Below, piece after piece: positions 37,871 to 46,532 of a stretch of 64,000 nt of DNA. Under the pieces are notes generated by a model. That model did no database searches. It worked only from the letters and a program-made list of their open reading frames with translations, and was not told the DNA's origin. Where the stretch lies: positions 74,924 to 138,923 of the IMG/VR virus record IMGVR_UViG_3300036772_000425; one strand, 5' to 3'. Every line of letters begins with the position of its first letter. Positions within the stretch are counted from its first letter, which is position 1. Both the position numbers and the translations under genes were made by a program. The stretch comes from a virus.

Positions 37871-38170
37871 CTATTGCGTCGAGCGCCTGCGGGCCTCAAT
37901 GGTCTGGAGGAGTTCTGCGATCCCATGCTGGAAACCGGGATCCTTTGCGATCTCATCGATCTGCTGGTCGGTGAAGCTCCTGTCCATGTCCTCAGTGAGG
38001 GCCTCGACGAACTTTCGCATGACCCTGATGACGTAGTTCCGAGCCGATGAATGGTTCATCCTGAATCCCAGGACTGTCATCACCTCAGCGATCTCACGGT
38101 AGTTATCACCGTCGTCTTCCGCAACGGTTGCGTAACCGCGGTCGATCCGATCACCCTTTCGAAGAGCCAT
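37871..38170 (-). CDS. small HTH protein resembling sigma-70 region 4
   Basis: 99 aa; NYREIAEVMTVLGFRMNHSSARNYVIRVMRKFVEAL. Confidence 0.4.
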   Translation of the reverse strand: MALRKGDRIDRGYATVAEDDGDNYREIAEVMTVLGFRMNHSSARNYVIRVMRKFVEALTEDMDRSFTDQQIDEIAKDPGFQHGIAELLQTIEARRRSTQ

Positions 38171-38461
38171 CTATTCCTCCGGAATTTTTCGTCGGGTGCC
38201 CCTGCTCCCAACCCTGTTTTCCGGATCGTTCTGATCCGGATGGTGTCTCATGATGGGAGCAGCAAACCGGGTTTGCTGGAACTCCTGGAGTTGGTTCATC
38301 AACCGGTTCGGTCCGAACGTGGGACCCGATTGCTGTGGGTTTCCCTGCGCTTCTGGTGTGGGTGTGCGCCTGATCAACCTGATCGACCCAGCAAGGGCCA
38401 GGATGACCAAGCTACACCCAGAACAGTACAGGATGAAATCGAGCGCTGATGGCACCGTCAA
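38171..38461 (-). CDS. hypothetical protein
   Basis: 96 aa. Confidence 0.3.
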   Translation of the reverse strand: MTVPSALDFILYCSGCSLVILALAGSIRLIRRTPTPEAQGNPQQSGPTFGPNRLMNQLQEFQQTRFAAPIMRHHPDQNDPENRVGSRGTRRKIPEE

Positions 38462-38574
38462 TCACCTGACCGTAGCTGAACGGTATGCAGCCATCGTGGT
38501 CTTCCAACCCACGTAGCAACCGACAGCGAAGATGCAGCACGATGATGCCGTGAAGATCGGAACGATCCACCTGA

Positions 38575-39467
<893 letters not shown>

Positions 39468-39477
<10 letters not shown>

Positions 39478-39854
39478 CTCGGACGTCCGCCCGATGCGGC
39501 GTACACGAAGGCCGAGTTGTCGAAGTCACCCGCAGGAAGACCTTCCTCCGAACGTGCGAACGTGTCTGACTCCGACCTCAGGTACGAATCGTGGTGTTCA
39601 CGTCGAACGCGGCGCATCGCGAGCTCACGCCTGACGTAGGCAAGCTCGACCTCCCAAGGTTGGGGATCCATCAGCGAATTCACCGCCTGCAGCCGTTCGT
39701 CATCGAGACCACGGAACCGTGAGATCAGCTCATCGTCGAGCATCACGGCAAGCTGATCCATGCATGCCACGTCCGGGAAGTTCGGGATCGTGGCACGGTG
39801 GGGACGTCGATCGATATCACTGCGCTTGTTCTTCTGCACTGAATTCCCTTTCAA
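39468..39854 (-). CDS. hypothetical protein
   Basis: 128 aa; overlaps the sigma gene start by 10 nt. Confidence 0.35.
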
Positions 39855-40108
39855 GGAACCTGGCCCATACCGGACCCAAGCATCCTAACCACCCAAACAG
39901 AGGACGTACAACCTACTGGACCAGTTCTTGGGCCCAGGGCGTACCCTGCCGTCGGATCTCGCTGATCGCACGTGCGAAGTCGAGCGCCTTGGCGACGGAT
40001 CCAGCCCGCCCAGAGATCACCAGGGTGGTGAGCTCATCGGCGAGCTTCAGGATGTCCTTGATGCGTTGAGAATCATCGTCAATCGACTTGTTCATGCGGA
40101 AAACTCCT

Positions 40109-40477
40109 TCAGTTCATCGCACCCGGACCGCTCTTGGGCCAGGTACGCTTGTCGGCGGTTGAGATCGCCTGCAAGCACGATTCGACCTCTTCTTCGATCA
40201 CATTGAGCACACGGTCCACATCGTTGATCGTGTCACGGGTGTTCTGTTGCAACCGGTCGATCCGGTCCGTCTGCAGCAGGTGCAGAACCAACCCATCCAG
40301 GATGGTACGTGCACGTTCGTGGTGCTCCATGGCCTTCTGCAGGTCAGGCTTCACACCCAGACAATCCAGGGCGCTCTTCGTGCGCTGCGTCATGCAGAGC
40401 ATCACGATCAGCAGATCATCATCAGGTTCCATGCTGCGCTCCGTCGACAGGCATGCGCCACCAGCAACCATTCTCAT
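40109..40477 (-). CDS. hypothetical protein
   Basis: 122 aa. Confidence 0.35.
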   Translation of the reverse strand: MRMVAGGACLSTERSMEPDDDLLIVMLCMTQRTKSALDCLGVKPDLQKAMEHHERARTILDGLVLHLLQTDRIDRLQQNTRDTINDVDRVLNVIEEEVESCLQAISTADKRTWPKSGPGAMN

Positions 40478-40602
40478 CCTTGCAAAGGGCGAACCTGACC
40501 CCGTTGACGTGCTTGCTGTGCACGTATTTCATGGTGGGATTGAGTTGGGAAACGATGTAGACCGGGATGTCAATCCACTCTTGATCCCCGTCATCCCAAA
40601 CC

Positions 40603-40992
40603 TCAAACTTGTTCATGTTCTTCATCTACCTCAGGTGAAGGCAACAGTTCACTCATGGTTCGACGTTCAGGGATCCCACCCATCTTGATGGGACACAGGC
40701 TCTGGAAGCTGCCCGTTCGATCCTTGGCAATGTTCCAGATGCCGGTAAACGGCTCGAAGTGCCAGATGACGTCAGCCGTGTGGCTGAGCATCGTGGGCAG
40801 ACGAGACAGCTCCACCGTCTCCTTACCGATGTAAACGAGATGGATCATGTCATCCGTGAGGACCATGAAGTACTTCGGCAACGTCAAGGCGTTGAACGTT
40901 TCGAGTAGATCGGATCGTCCTTCCGGCGATGCCTGTTTGATCCGAAAGATCAGGTTGCCCAGGAACTTGTTCTTGGCGCTGGAACCCATCAT
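40603..40992 (-). CDS. hypothetical protein
   Basis: 129 aa. Confidence 0.35.
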   Translation of the reverse strand: MMGSSAKNKFLGNLIFRIKQASPEGRSDLLETFNALTLPKYFMVLTDDMIHLVYIGKETVELSRLPTMLSHTADVIWHFEPFTGIWNIAKDRTGSFQSLCPIKMGGIPERRTMSELLPSPEVDEEHEQV

Positions 40993-41035
40993 GTGCTGGA
41001 TCCTACCATCAGGCAGATGTCGGTTGCACCGCAGG

Positions 41036-41108
41036 CTGGCGAGGCCGGATTCGAACCGGCGTCTCCGGGGTCAAAGCCCGGGGTCCTGAACCGCTGGACG
41101 ACCCGCCC
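41036..41108 (-). tRNA. tRNA-Gln(UUG) with G1-A72 mismatch
   Basis: T-arm gccgg-attcgaa-ccggc; anticodon stem ccggg/cccgg; loop cuuugac; D-arm gtcc/ggac. Confidence 0.65.
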
Positions 41109-41250
41109 AGGTTTTCAACAACGTTGGAATGCCACGATGATCAAGAAGGCAAGCATCGGCGAAACACTGAGCAGCATCCTGCCCAATGAACCGAACCTGG
41201 TGCGAGCGCTTGGGTTGATCATGGTCCCTTTTCTACGTTCCAACACGTTG

Positions 41251-41322
41251 CTGGCCTGGAAGGATTCGAACCTTCGTAACCCGGGTCAGAGCCGGGTGCC
41301 CTAGCCGTTAGACGACAGGCCA
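41251..41322 (-). tRNA. tRNA-Gln(CUG)
   Basis: acceptor tggcctg/caggcca; T-arm gaagg-attcgaa-ccttc; loop cucugac. Confidence 0.7.
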
Positions 41323-41328
41323 ATGCGA

Positions 41329-41415
41329 TCACCGTAAACGGAATTGAACCGTTGCGCGCAGTAGCAGCCGCGAGCCAGACTTCCGTGAGTCCACGTGCTT
41401 TCCTCGAATGCGGTG
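41329..41415 (-). ncRNA. class-II-length tRNA-like element with a 6-nt anticodon loop
   Basis: 87 nt; acceptor 6 of 7; T-arm aacgg-aattgaa-ccgtt; variable arm cgcg/cgcg; hairpin ggact-cacgga-agtct; no canonical D-arm. Confidence 0.4.
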
Positions 41416-41420
41416 ATCGG

Positions 41421-41491
41421 CACCAGGAGCAGGAATCGAACCCGCATTAGCCGTTTTGGAGGCGGCAGTCCTACCGTTGAACGATCCTGGT
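41421..41491 (-). tRNA. tRNA-Trp(CCA)
   Basis: acceptor accagga/tcctggt; anticodon loop cuccaaa, as in the E. coli Trp loop. Confidence 0.7.
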
Positions 41492-41505
41492 GTGTCAGCG
41501 AATGG

Positions 41506-41578
41506 CACCTCCAACGGGATTCGAACCCGTATCTTCCGCTAGACAGGCGGATGTCCTAAGCCGTTGGACGATGAAGGT
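41506..41578 (-). tRNA. tRNA-Asp(GUC) (tentative; U37)
   Basis: T-arm acggg-attcgaa-cccgt; anticodon stem tccgc/gcgga; loop cugucua; D-arm gtcc/ggac. Confidence 0.6.
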
Positions 41579-42143
41579 ATGAACTTGCAGCTCTCTTCGA
41601 GCTCTGTTTCTGTTTCCGGGTCTGGGTGTGATTTTCGATCCCTGAAGTACTGAAGCGATTCTTTGGTTCCGAGGATCCTTTGGCACAGATCGCAGCTGCA
41701 CACCCGTAGCTGTTTCTTGAATTTCGGCTCACGCCTGTCAGACCTTGACCTGCTCATGGTGCCGATCCCTGGTTCTGATCCAGGCCAGGCCTCCTGATGC
41801 CGTCTGCAGGGATTCTCTCCCTGGTACGATCAGCTTCGGTGTGGTCCCCGCCGATGTGACGGGTGGGTTTCCCAGCTCCCTCGATCGGTGTGAAGTTCTG
41901 CCCAACGAGCCGGGTCGACACCCGTTGGGAGCGCTTGATCAGCGCTGGCGCCATCACCTGCAAGGACCTTTCCGTCCCCCGACCCGATGGGTTACTGGCG
42001 CGCCGTAATCAGTACGTACCTACAAGTGAAAAATGCCCGGACACAAGTGGGAATTCTCACAGTTAGAATTCATTCAGAATGCTGCAGCGATTCTGATCGC
42101 ATTGTGCCCATCGTCGTAGGCTTACCACGTACTGATCTCGTCG

Positions 42144-42217
42144 TGGAGCACCAGGGATTCGAACCCTGCGCCTCCTGCGTGCAAGGCAGGCGCTCTACCC
42201 AAATGAGCTAGTGCCCC
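42144..42217 (-). tRNA. tRNA-Ala(UGC) with G3:U70
   Basis: acceptor ggggcac pairs gtgctcc (G3-U70); loop cuugcac. Confidence 0.75.
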
Positions 42218-42270
42218 TCTATGATGAGGTCAGCGCTGTTGCGTACCTCATCATCGGCGTTTCTCGCCGG

Positions 42271-42347
42271 TGGAGCTGGAGGGAGTCGAACCCTCGGTCG
42301 TGTGAGGTCCATTGTCGGCTTTCTCAAACGCCCTGCCTTTCAGCCCC
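42271..42347 (-). ncRNA. tRNA-like element with Ala-type G3:U70 acceptor but no foldable anticodon arm
   Basis: acceptor ggggctg/cagctcc; T-arm gaggg-agtcgaa-ccctc; exhaustive 5-7-5 hairpin scan of the interior found none. Confidence 0.35.
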
Positions 42348-42429
42348 GTTGGTTGGGAACAGGATCATGGTCTCCCGCTCCCCGATCGTTGAAGCACCTA
42401 CGACCATGACACGTACCCACGATCGTGGA

Positions 42430-42502
42430 GCACACCGGACTTGAACCGGTCACCTCTTCGTTGCGAACGAAGCGCTCTCCCAGATGAGCTAGTGCCCCAA
42501 GC
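42430..42502 (-). tRNA. tRNA-Ala(CGC) with G3:U70
   Basis: T-arm accgg-acttgaa-ccggt; anticodon stem cttcg/cgaag; loop uucgcaa. Confidence 0.75.
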
Positions 42503-42525
42503 ACAGCAATTTTCAGCAACGTGGA

Positions 42526-42598
42526 GCCAGTCGGACTTGAACCGACCACCTCCTGCATGCCATGCAGGCGCTCTCCCGGATGAGCTATGGCCCCGAAA
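42526..42598 (-). tRNA. tRNA-Ala(GGC) with G3:U70
   Basis: T-arm gtcgg-acttgaa-ccgac; anticodon stem cctgc/gcagg; loop auggcau. Confidence 0.75.
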
Positions 42599-43331
42599 CC
42601 TGCGTGATCGTATCGATCTTTCCTCCACCGCCCCTGATCTTCGACATCCCGAGGTCGATCAGAACAAGCGTTCCATCGTCCCTGACCATCATGTTACCGG
42701 CGTGGTAATCGTGGAAGTCGATGCCCAATTCGGTCAAGGTGTTGAAGATGTCACGGAGACCGTACTTCTTGACCAGATCATTCCAGCTGGAATTGATGCT
42801 TCTGGCGTACTCCTGTGCCTTCGGCGAGTTCAGGTTGTCTCCAAACTTCTTCTTCACCTGGCCGAGGATGTACTCCTTGGTGAGCTTCTTGGCCTCATCC
42901 CAAGAACCCCCTGCCCTCTTGATCCAGATCGGGAGCCCCGTCGCGACGAGCGCATCATTGAACTCCTTCGCTGCTTCTGCGGGTAACGGTTTCAGCTTTT
43001 CCTGGACGATGCCGTAGTTGTCGGTGTCGCCGAACTTGACGACAGCGAAGTACCGACAGACGTTCTGCACGTCCTTGCCCACCAGTGTCGCGGCAGCGCG
43101 AGCTTCCTGTGCATCGTTGGTCACCTTGAGCACCTTGTCACCGAACTCGAAGGCGGTGCCTCGGGTGCCGGTGCCCAGAACCTGGAGTGAATCAACCTTG
43201 CTGGGGGACAGCCCCAACCGAGCGAGTCCCTTGGGGAACTTCTTGAGGAGCTCCTTGGCGTCTGAGTCCGACACCGGTCCTCCATCCTCTAGGATCAAGG
43301 ATCGCAAGCGTCCCATGGTTGTTCGGATCAT
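42585..43331 (-). CDS. protein-kinase-like fold protein (Ser/Thr kinase or aminoglycoside phosphotransferase-like)
   Basis: 248 aa; Gly-rich loop LGTGTRGTAFEF; VLKV; catalytic HDYHAGNMMV; LIDLG; 3' end overlaps tRNA-Ala(GGC) by about 14 nt. Confidence 0.55.
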   Translation of the reverse strand: MIRTTMGRLRSLILEDGGPVSDSDAKELLKKFPKGLARLGLSPSKVDSLQVLGTGTRGTAFEFGDKVLKVTNDAQEARAAATLVGKDVQNVCRYFAVVKFGDTDNYGIVQEKLKPLPAEAAKEFNDALVATGLPIWIKRAGGSWDEAKKLTKEYILGQVKKKFGDNLNSPKAQEYARSINSSWNDLVKKYGLRDIFNTLTELGIDFHDYHAGNMMVRDDGTLVLIDLGMSKIRGGGGKIDTITQVSGP

Positions 43332-43344
43332 ACGACTATCTATG

Positions 43345-43417
43345 TGCGCCCGAAGGGACTCGAACCCTTGACATCCATCGCGTCAGGATGGTGTTCTAGC
43401 CGCTGAACTACGGGCGC
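43345..43417 (-). tRNA. tRNA-Val(GAC)
   Basis: acceptor gcgcccg/cgggcgc; T-arm aaggg-actcgaa-ccctt; loop cugacgc. Confidence 0.7.
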
Positions 43418-43621
43418 ATTGTCCGGTCTCTCCCGGATGTCCTGAAAACCTCACCTGAGCTGATCACCTCTTCTTGTGATGGTAGTGCTTGCGCCAGCAG
43501 GGTCGACACATGTAGAATCGACCGAGCAGGTCAGAAGCAATCCTGCAGAACCTGCACATCTTACGCCTCCTTTCACGATGAAAGGGCGTTACGTATCTTG
43601 GATCATTCTCCCACCTTCGGT

Positions 43622-43690
43622 TGCGGATCCCGGAGTCGCGCCGGATTCTCAAGCTTATGAGGCTTGCGAGTTGCTCTTTCTCTTATCCGC
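43622..43690 (-). ncRNA. tRNA-Met(CAU)-like element with non-canonical T-loop (possible pseudo-tRNA)
   Basis: acceptor gcggatc/tatccgc 6 of 7; anticodon hairpin caagc-ttatgag-gcttg identical in loop to the adjacent tRNA-Met; T-loop agtcgcg lacks the TTCGA pattern. Confidence 0.35.
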
Positions 43691-43692
43691 GG

Positions 43693-43766
43693 AAGCGGGT
43701 GCGGGATTTGAACGCCGCGACCTTCAGCTTATGAGGCTGACGAGCTACCACTGCTCTAACCCGCTA
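43693..43766 (-). tRNA. tRNA-Met(CAU), second copy
   Basis: acceptor agcgggt/acccgct perfect; anticodon stem tcagc/gctga; loop cucauaa; T-stem has a G-G mismatch. Confidence 0.6.
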
Positions 43767-43777
43767 TGAATCTTCGT

Positions 43778-43850
43778 GAACCTGGAGGGACTCGAACCCC
43801 CGGCCAGCACTGCTTAAAAGGCAGCCGTTCTGCCACTGAACTACAGGTTC
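43778..43850 (-). tRNA. tRNA-Lys(UUU)
   Basis: acceptor gaacctg/caggttc; anticodon loop cuuuuaa, as in the E. coli Lys loop; D-arm gttc/gaac. Confidence 0.7.
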
Positions 43851-43857
43851 ATGGTGG

Positions 43858-43979
43858 AGCGTGGTGAAGGATTCGAACCTTCATTTCCGGCTGCGATTGC
43901 CGGCGTTATTTCCCATTCAGGCTTCCGGAGCGAGGTGCGCACCTCGATTTCCCTGGTCGTGAACGTCTACTAACCACGC
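43858..43979 (-). ncRNA. elongated tRNA-like element (~122 nt)
   Basis: perfect acceptor gcgtggt/accacgc 115 nt apart; canonical T-arm gaagg-attcgaa-ccttc; interior hairpins ccggc-tgcgatt-gccgg and cgaggtg-cg-cacctcg. Confidence 0.4.
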
Positions 43980-43983
43980 ACGG

Positions 43984-44062
43984 TGTGCGTAACAGGAATT
44001 GAACCTGTGACCTCCGGCACCCGGTTAACCAGGGCGGTGCTCTTTCTCTGAGCTATACGCAC
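43984..44062 (-). ncRNA. tRNA-like element with tetraloop in place of an anticodon loop
   Basis: acceptor gtgcgta/tacgcac 7/7; T-arm acagg-aattgaa-cctgt; D-arm gctc-tttctct-gagc; anticodon position is cccgg-ttaa-ccagg. Confidence 0.4.
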
Positions 44063-44064
44063 GG

Positions 44065-44136
44065 TGGGGGAGGGTGGACTTGAACCACCGACCTTCGTCC
44101 TCAACGGACGACGCTCTTTCTCTGAGCTACTCCCCC
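44065..44136 (-). ncRNA. tRNA-like element, copy A of a duplicated pair (anticodon loop cguugag with G33, or a 5-nt loop)
   Basis: acceptor gggggag/ctccccc; T-arm ggtgg-acttgaa-ccacc; D-arm gctc-tttctct-gagc; body identical to the element at 45379. Confidence 0.45.
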
Positions 44137-44240
44137 ATGTTTTCGCTGTTCACCTGCCGCTTCCGGACTTTCACCGGACCTTACGAATTCGAAGTTCGCC
44201 GTGCGTGTACCACACTGCCGCGCTTGGGTTACTGGGACGG

Positions 44241-44315
44241 TGGGAGAGGAAGCGATCGCATCTTCGACCTCCAAGATTTCAAATCCTGGCGCTCTGCTAC
44301 CTGAGCTACTCTCCC
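44241..44315 (-). ncRNA. tRNA-like element with non-canonical T-loop and 6-bp/7-nt anticodon arm reading UGA
   Basis: acceptor gggagag/ctctccc 7/7; D-arm gctc/gagc; anticodon hairpin ccagga-tttgaaa-tcttgg; T-loop gatcgca. Confidence 0.35.
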
Positions 44316-44439
44316 GTTCCATGACGGTACCAGGTTGTGCGCCCGAGTACAATCAGAATCGAAGCATTTTTCACCTTCACGGTTCTGTACCGTCTGGCTC
44401 ACCCTTTGCCCTCACGGGCATGTAGGCAGAAATTGAATT

Positions 44440-44500
44440 CCTGCTGGAGCCCATGCTGGGATTCGAACCCAGTCCTGAATGAATGGTTACTGTTCTGCCA
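44440..44500 (-). ncRNA. tRNA fragment-like (T-arm ctggg-attcgaa-cccag without a matching 5' acceptor)
   Basis: canonical T-arm, but no complementary acceptor strand found within 100 nt. Confidence 0.2.
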
Positions 44501-44505
44501 CGAAG

Positions 44506-44581
44506 CGGGGGAGGATGGGCTTGAACCACCGTCTTCGGACCTATTGCGGTCCGACGCTGAAGTCTACTGAGCTACTCCCCC
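44506..44581 (-). ncRNA. tRNA-like element with 8-nt (or 6-nt) anticodon loop
   Basis: acceptor gggggag/ctccccc; T-arm gatgg-gcttgaa-ccacc; anticodon hairpin cggac-ctattgcg-gtccg. Confidence 0.4.
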
Positions 44582-44643
44582 AAAACAGCTGCGGTTCCCT
44601 GAAGGAACACGAACGGAACGATTTCCCGCTCTCACAACCACTG

Positions 44644-44716
44644 CGGATCCGGTGGGACTCGAACCCACGGCAATCAGGGTAAGGGCCTGACGTTCTAGCC
44701 GCTGAACTACGGATCC
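44644..44716 (-). tRNA. tRNA-Lys(CUU) (tentative; C33 in my fold)
   Basis: acceptor ggatccg/cggatcc 7/7; T-arm gtggg-actcgaa-cccac; anticodon stem tcagg/cctga; loop cccuuac. Confidence 0.6.
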
Positions 44717-44758
44717 ATGCGAACGAGAGCTACATTGAAAGCGTAGGACCACGTTCGG

Positions 44759-44829
44759 CTGTAACGGAAGGAATCGAACCTTCTTCCAAGGGTCTAACAG
44801 GCCCGTGCTCGCCATTGAGCTTCGTTACA
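44759..44829 (-). ncRNA. tRNA-like element, anticodon arm not foldable
   Basis: acceptor tgtaacg/cgttaca 7/7; T-arm gaagg-aatcgaa-ccttc; D-arm gctc/gagc; interior lacks any 5-7-5 hairpin. Confidence 0.4.
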
Positions 44830-45418
44830 ATGCTCTCCAGTCATTTCTGACTGAAATGTCCAGACCCAAGTCTTGGAGATCAGTGCCAGACAGGACGATC
44901 AGTTTCTTTGTGAATTGTGACCACTTTGCTTCATCCTTGAGCGTCTTCCAACCCTTCACTTCGACATAACAGTCTAGTTCAGGCAGGTAGAAATCTGGGA
45001 CGTAGCGTCTTGGTTTGTCAAACTCATACGTGAAACTCTGTTTGTTCCTGACCCAGGGAACCTGATGCTGATCGAACCAGATGGCTAGCTTCAGTTCCCA
45101 CGTACCATCGAATGATTCGTTTCGATACGAATATCGCCTACTACGTGCAAACGAATTGTGCCATGTGCCCGCTTCAACACGTTGGCTGATCGTCCTTGAC
45201 AATTTTGCTCTGGTTTCAGGAGACAAGAACTTTCCAGTCATGCGAAACGAAACTTTTTTGTTGATTTCGTCACGTTTTGGGTTATTCTTGCAGCGAACTG
45301 CGTGTCCTCCCAGACTTTGCCCTTTCTGGAATTCACGATCACAGAATTGACATGTAAACACATGTGATTCTACATCGGCGCGGGAGGGTGGACTTGAACC
45401 ACCGACCTTCGTCCTCAA
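44825..45418 (-). CDS. putative homing endonuclease: C2H2 zinc finger + PD-(D/E)XK nuclease motif (start uncertain; annotated ATG lies inside a tRNA-like element)
   Basis: 197 aa; FTCQFCDREFQKGQSLGGHAVRC; C-terminal RYVPDFYLPELDCYVEVKGWK; AT-richer than the flanks. Confidence 0.5.
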   Translation of the reverse strand: MRTKVGGSSPPSRADVESHVFTCQFCDREFQKGQSLGGHAVRCKNNPKRDEINKKVSFRMTGKFLSPETRAKLSRTISQRVEAGTWHNSFARSRRYSYRNESFDGTWELKLAIWFDQHQVPWVRNKQSFTYEFDKPRRYVPDFYLPELDCYVEVKGWKTLKDEAKWSQFTKKLIVLSGTDLQDLGLDISVRNDWRAL

Positions 45419-45450
45419 CGGACGACGCTCTTTCTCTGAGCTACTCCCGC
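45379..45450 (-). ncRNA. tRNA-like element, copy B of the duplicated pair
   Basis: acceptor gcgggag/ctcccgc 7/7; body identical to 44065..44136, including the D-arm and aberrant anticodon arm. Confidence 0.45.
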
Positions 45451-45456
45451 ATCTGC

Positions 45457-45525
45457 TCCGGCGCAGGGATTCGAACCCCGATGAGCTGGTAAACAGCCAG
45501 CCGTCCTCCCGTTGAACGACACCAG
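45457..45525 (-). ncRNA. tRNA-Asn(GUU)-like element lacking a pairing acceptor stem
   Basis: T-arm caggg-attcgaa-ccccg; anticodon hairpin gctgg-taaacag-ccagc gives loop cuguuua; no complementary 5' strand found. Confidence 0.3.
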
Positions 45526-45531
45526 AATGTG

Positions 45532-45602
45532 CTCCCAGAGCTGGCCTTGCACCAGCACCTCCGTGCGTTCTAGCACGGCGCTCTGCCTTGAGCTACCCGG
45601 GA
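45532..45602 (-). ncRNA. tRNA-like element with non-canonical T-loop and 6/8-nt anticodon loop
   Basis: acceptor 7 bp including two G-U; T-arm-like gctgg-ccttgca-ccagc; hairpin ccgtgc-gttcta-gcacgg; D-arm gctc-tgcctt-gagc. Confidence 0.35.
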
Positions 45603-45648
45603 ATGTTGGAACGTAGGTTGTCAAAGAAGTGAGGATTGAACCTCACGG

Positions 45649-45732
45649 TGGGGTACCACGGTATCGAACCGTGCGGGCCTTTTGGACGACAGATTTACAG
45701 TCTGTCCCGTCTCCTTAGCGGTCTAGTACCCC
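45649..45732 (-). tRNA. tRNA-Tyr(GUA), class II
   Basis: 84 nt; acceptor ggggtac/gtacccc 7/7; T-arm cacgg-tatcgaa-ccgtg; anticodon stem acaga/tctgt; loop cuguaaa; long variable arm. Confidence 0.7.
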
Positions 45733-45947
45733 GTGATTTGTGTCGAAACGTATCGTCGCCGGTTCCTTTCGGTTCCGGCGACACCCTGACGTTCAGCTTC
45801 TGCTTTCGCGTTCAGGTGCTCCGGAAGCGGACAGAGCACCTATGTGCTCGTCACCGCCCAGTATTATCCTGGGCAACGGCATACTGCCATTGCTTGGTCT
45901 GTTTGGTGATAGCTGCGTTGAAGTTCATGTTGATTCTCAGTGAATCG

Positions 45948-46022
45948 TGGGACTGGGCGGAATCGAACCGCCGACTTCCCGCTCATCAGACGGGCGCTCT
46001 AAAACCCCTGAGCTACAGTCCC
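45948..46022 (-). tRNA. tRNA-Ile(GAU)
   Basis: acceptor gggactg/cagtccc 7/7; T-arm ggcgg-aatcgaa-ccgcc; loop cugauga; D-arm gctc-taaaacccct-gagc. Confidence 0.7.
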
Positions 46023-46115
46023 AGTCAGGGCAGCCTCAGTGGCTGTGTTGAATACCTTATCACTGTCAGCGCCATCGGTACACAATTTTTTCCGTAGAGC
46101 GACACTTTGTTGTCG

Positions 46116-46472
46116 TCACGCCGTCCGTGCAAAATCGTCGTCGAGCCTGACCACATCGTCCAGTTCGGGCGTGGAAACCTCGCCCAAGGTGCAGCCCTGG
46201 GGACCTGCACAGATCCGGTGAACGGTCCCTGCCTCGCAGTGGAAGGATGAGCCCAACGGCATCTCCAGTGTATGGAAGGAACCGTGCTTGGGATCTCCGA
46301 CCTCCAGGACCATCGAACCGTTCAGGACGATGAATGTTTCAGTCTTCTTCTCGTGGTACTGCCTCGACAACCTGCATGCGGGTTTGACGACGAGCAGCTT
46401 TCCCACGTACGTAGAGGTCCTTGCCCACAGGACCTCATGACCCCAGGGCTTCTGGACGATGATCTGTTCCAT
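46116..46472 (-). CDS. cupin-fold protein
   Basis: 118 aa; PWGHE...H...ETFIVLNG...G pattern of the cupin barrel. Confidence 0.5.
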   Translation of the reverse strand: MEQIIVQKPWGHEVLWARTSTYVGKLLVVKPACRLSRQYHEKKTETFIVLNGSMVLEVGDPKHGSFHTLEMPLGSSFHCEAGTVHRICAGPQGCTLGEVSTPELDDVVRLDDDFARTA

Positions 46473-46532
46473 GCTGGCAATTATTGGCCGCGCGCGGCCA
46501 ATGGAAACCCTGTTTTGGTACTATCGAATTTT

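Noticed and set aside
43931-43953. Strong hairpin cgaggtg-cg-cacctcg followed by ATTT as a possible intrinsic terminator
   Set aside because: It lies inside the 122-nt tRNA-like element and the T-tract is short and on the plus strand, where there are no genes; more likely part of the RNA structure.
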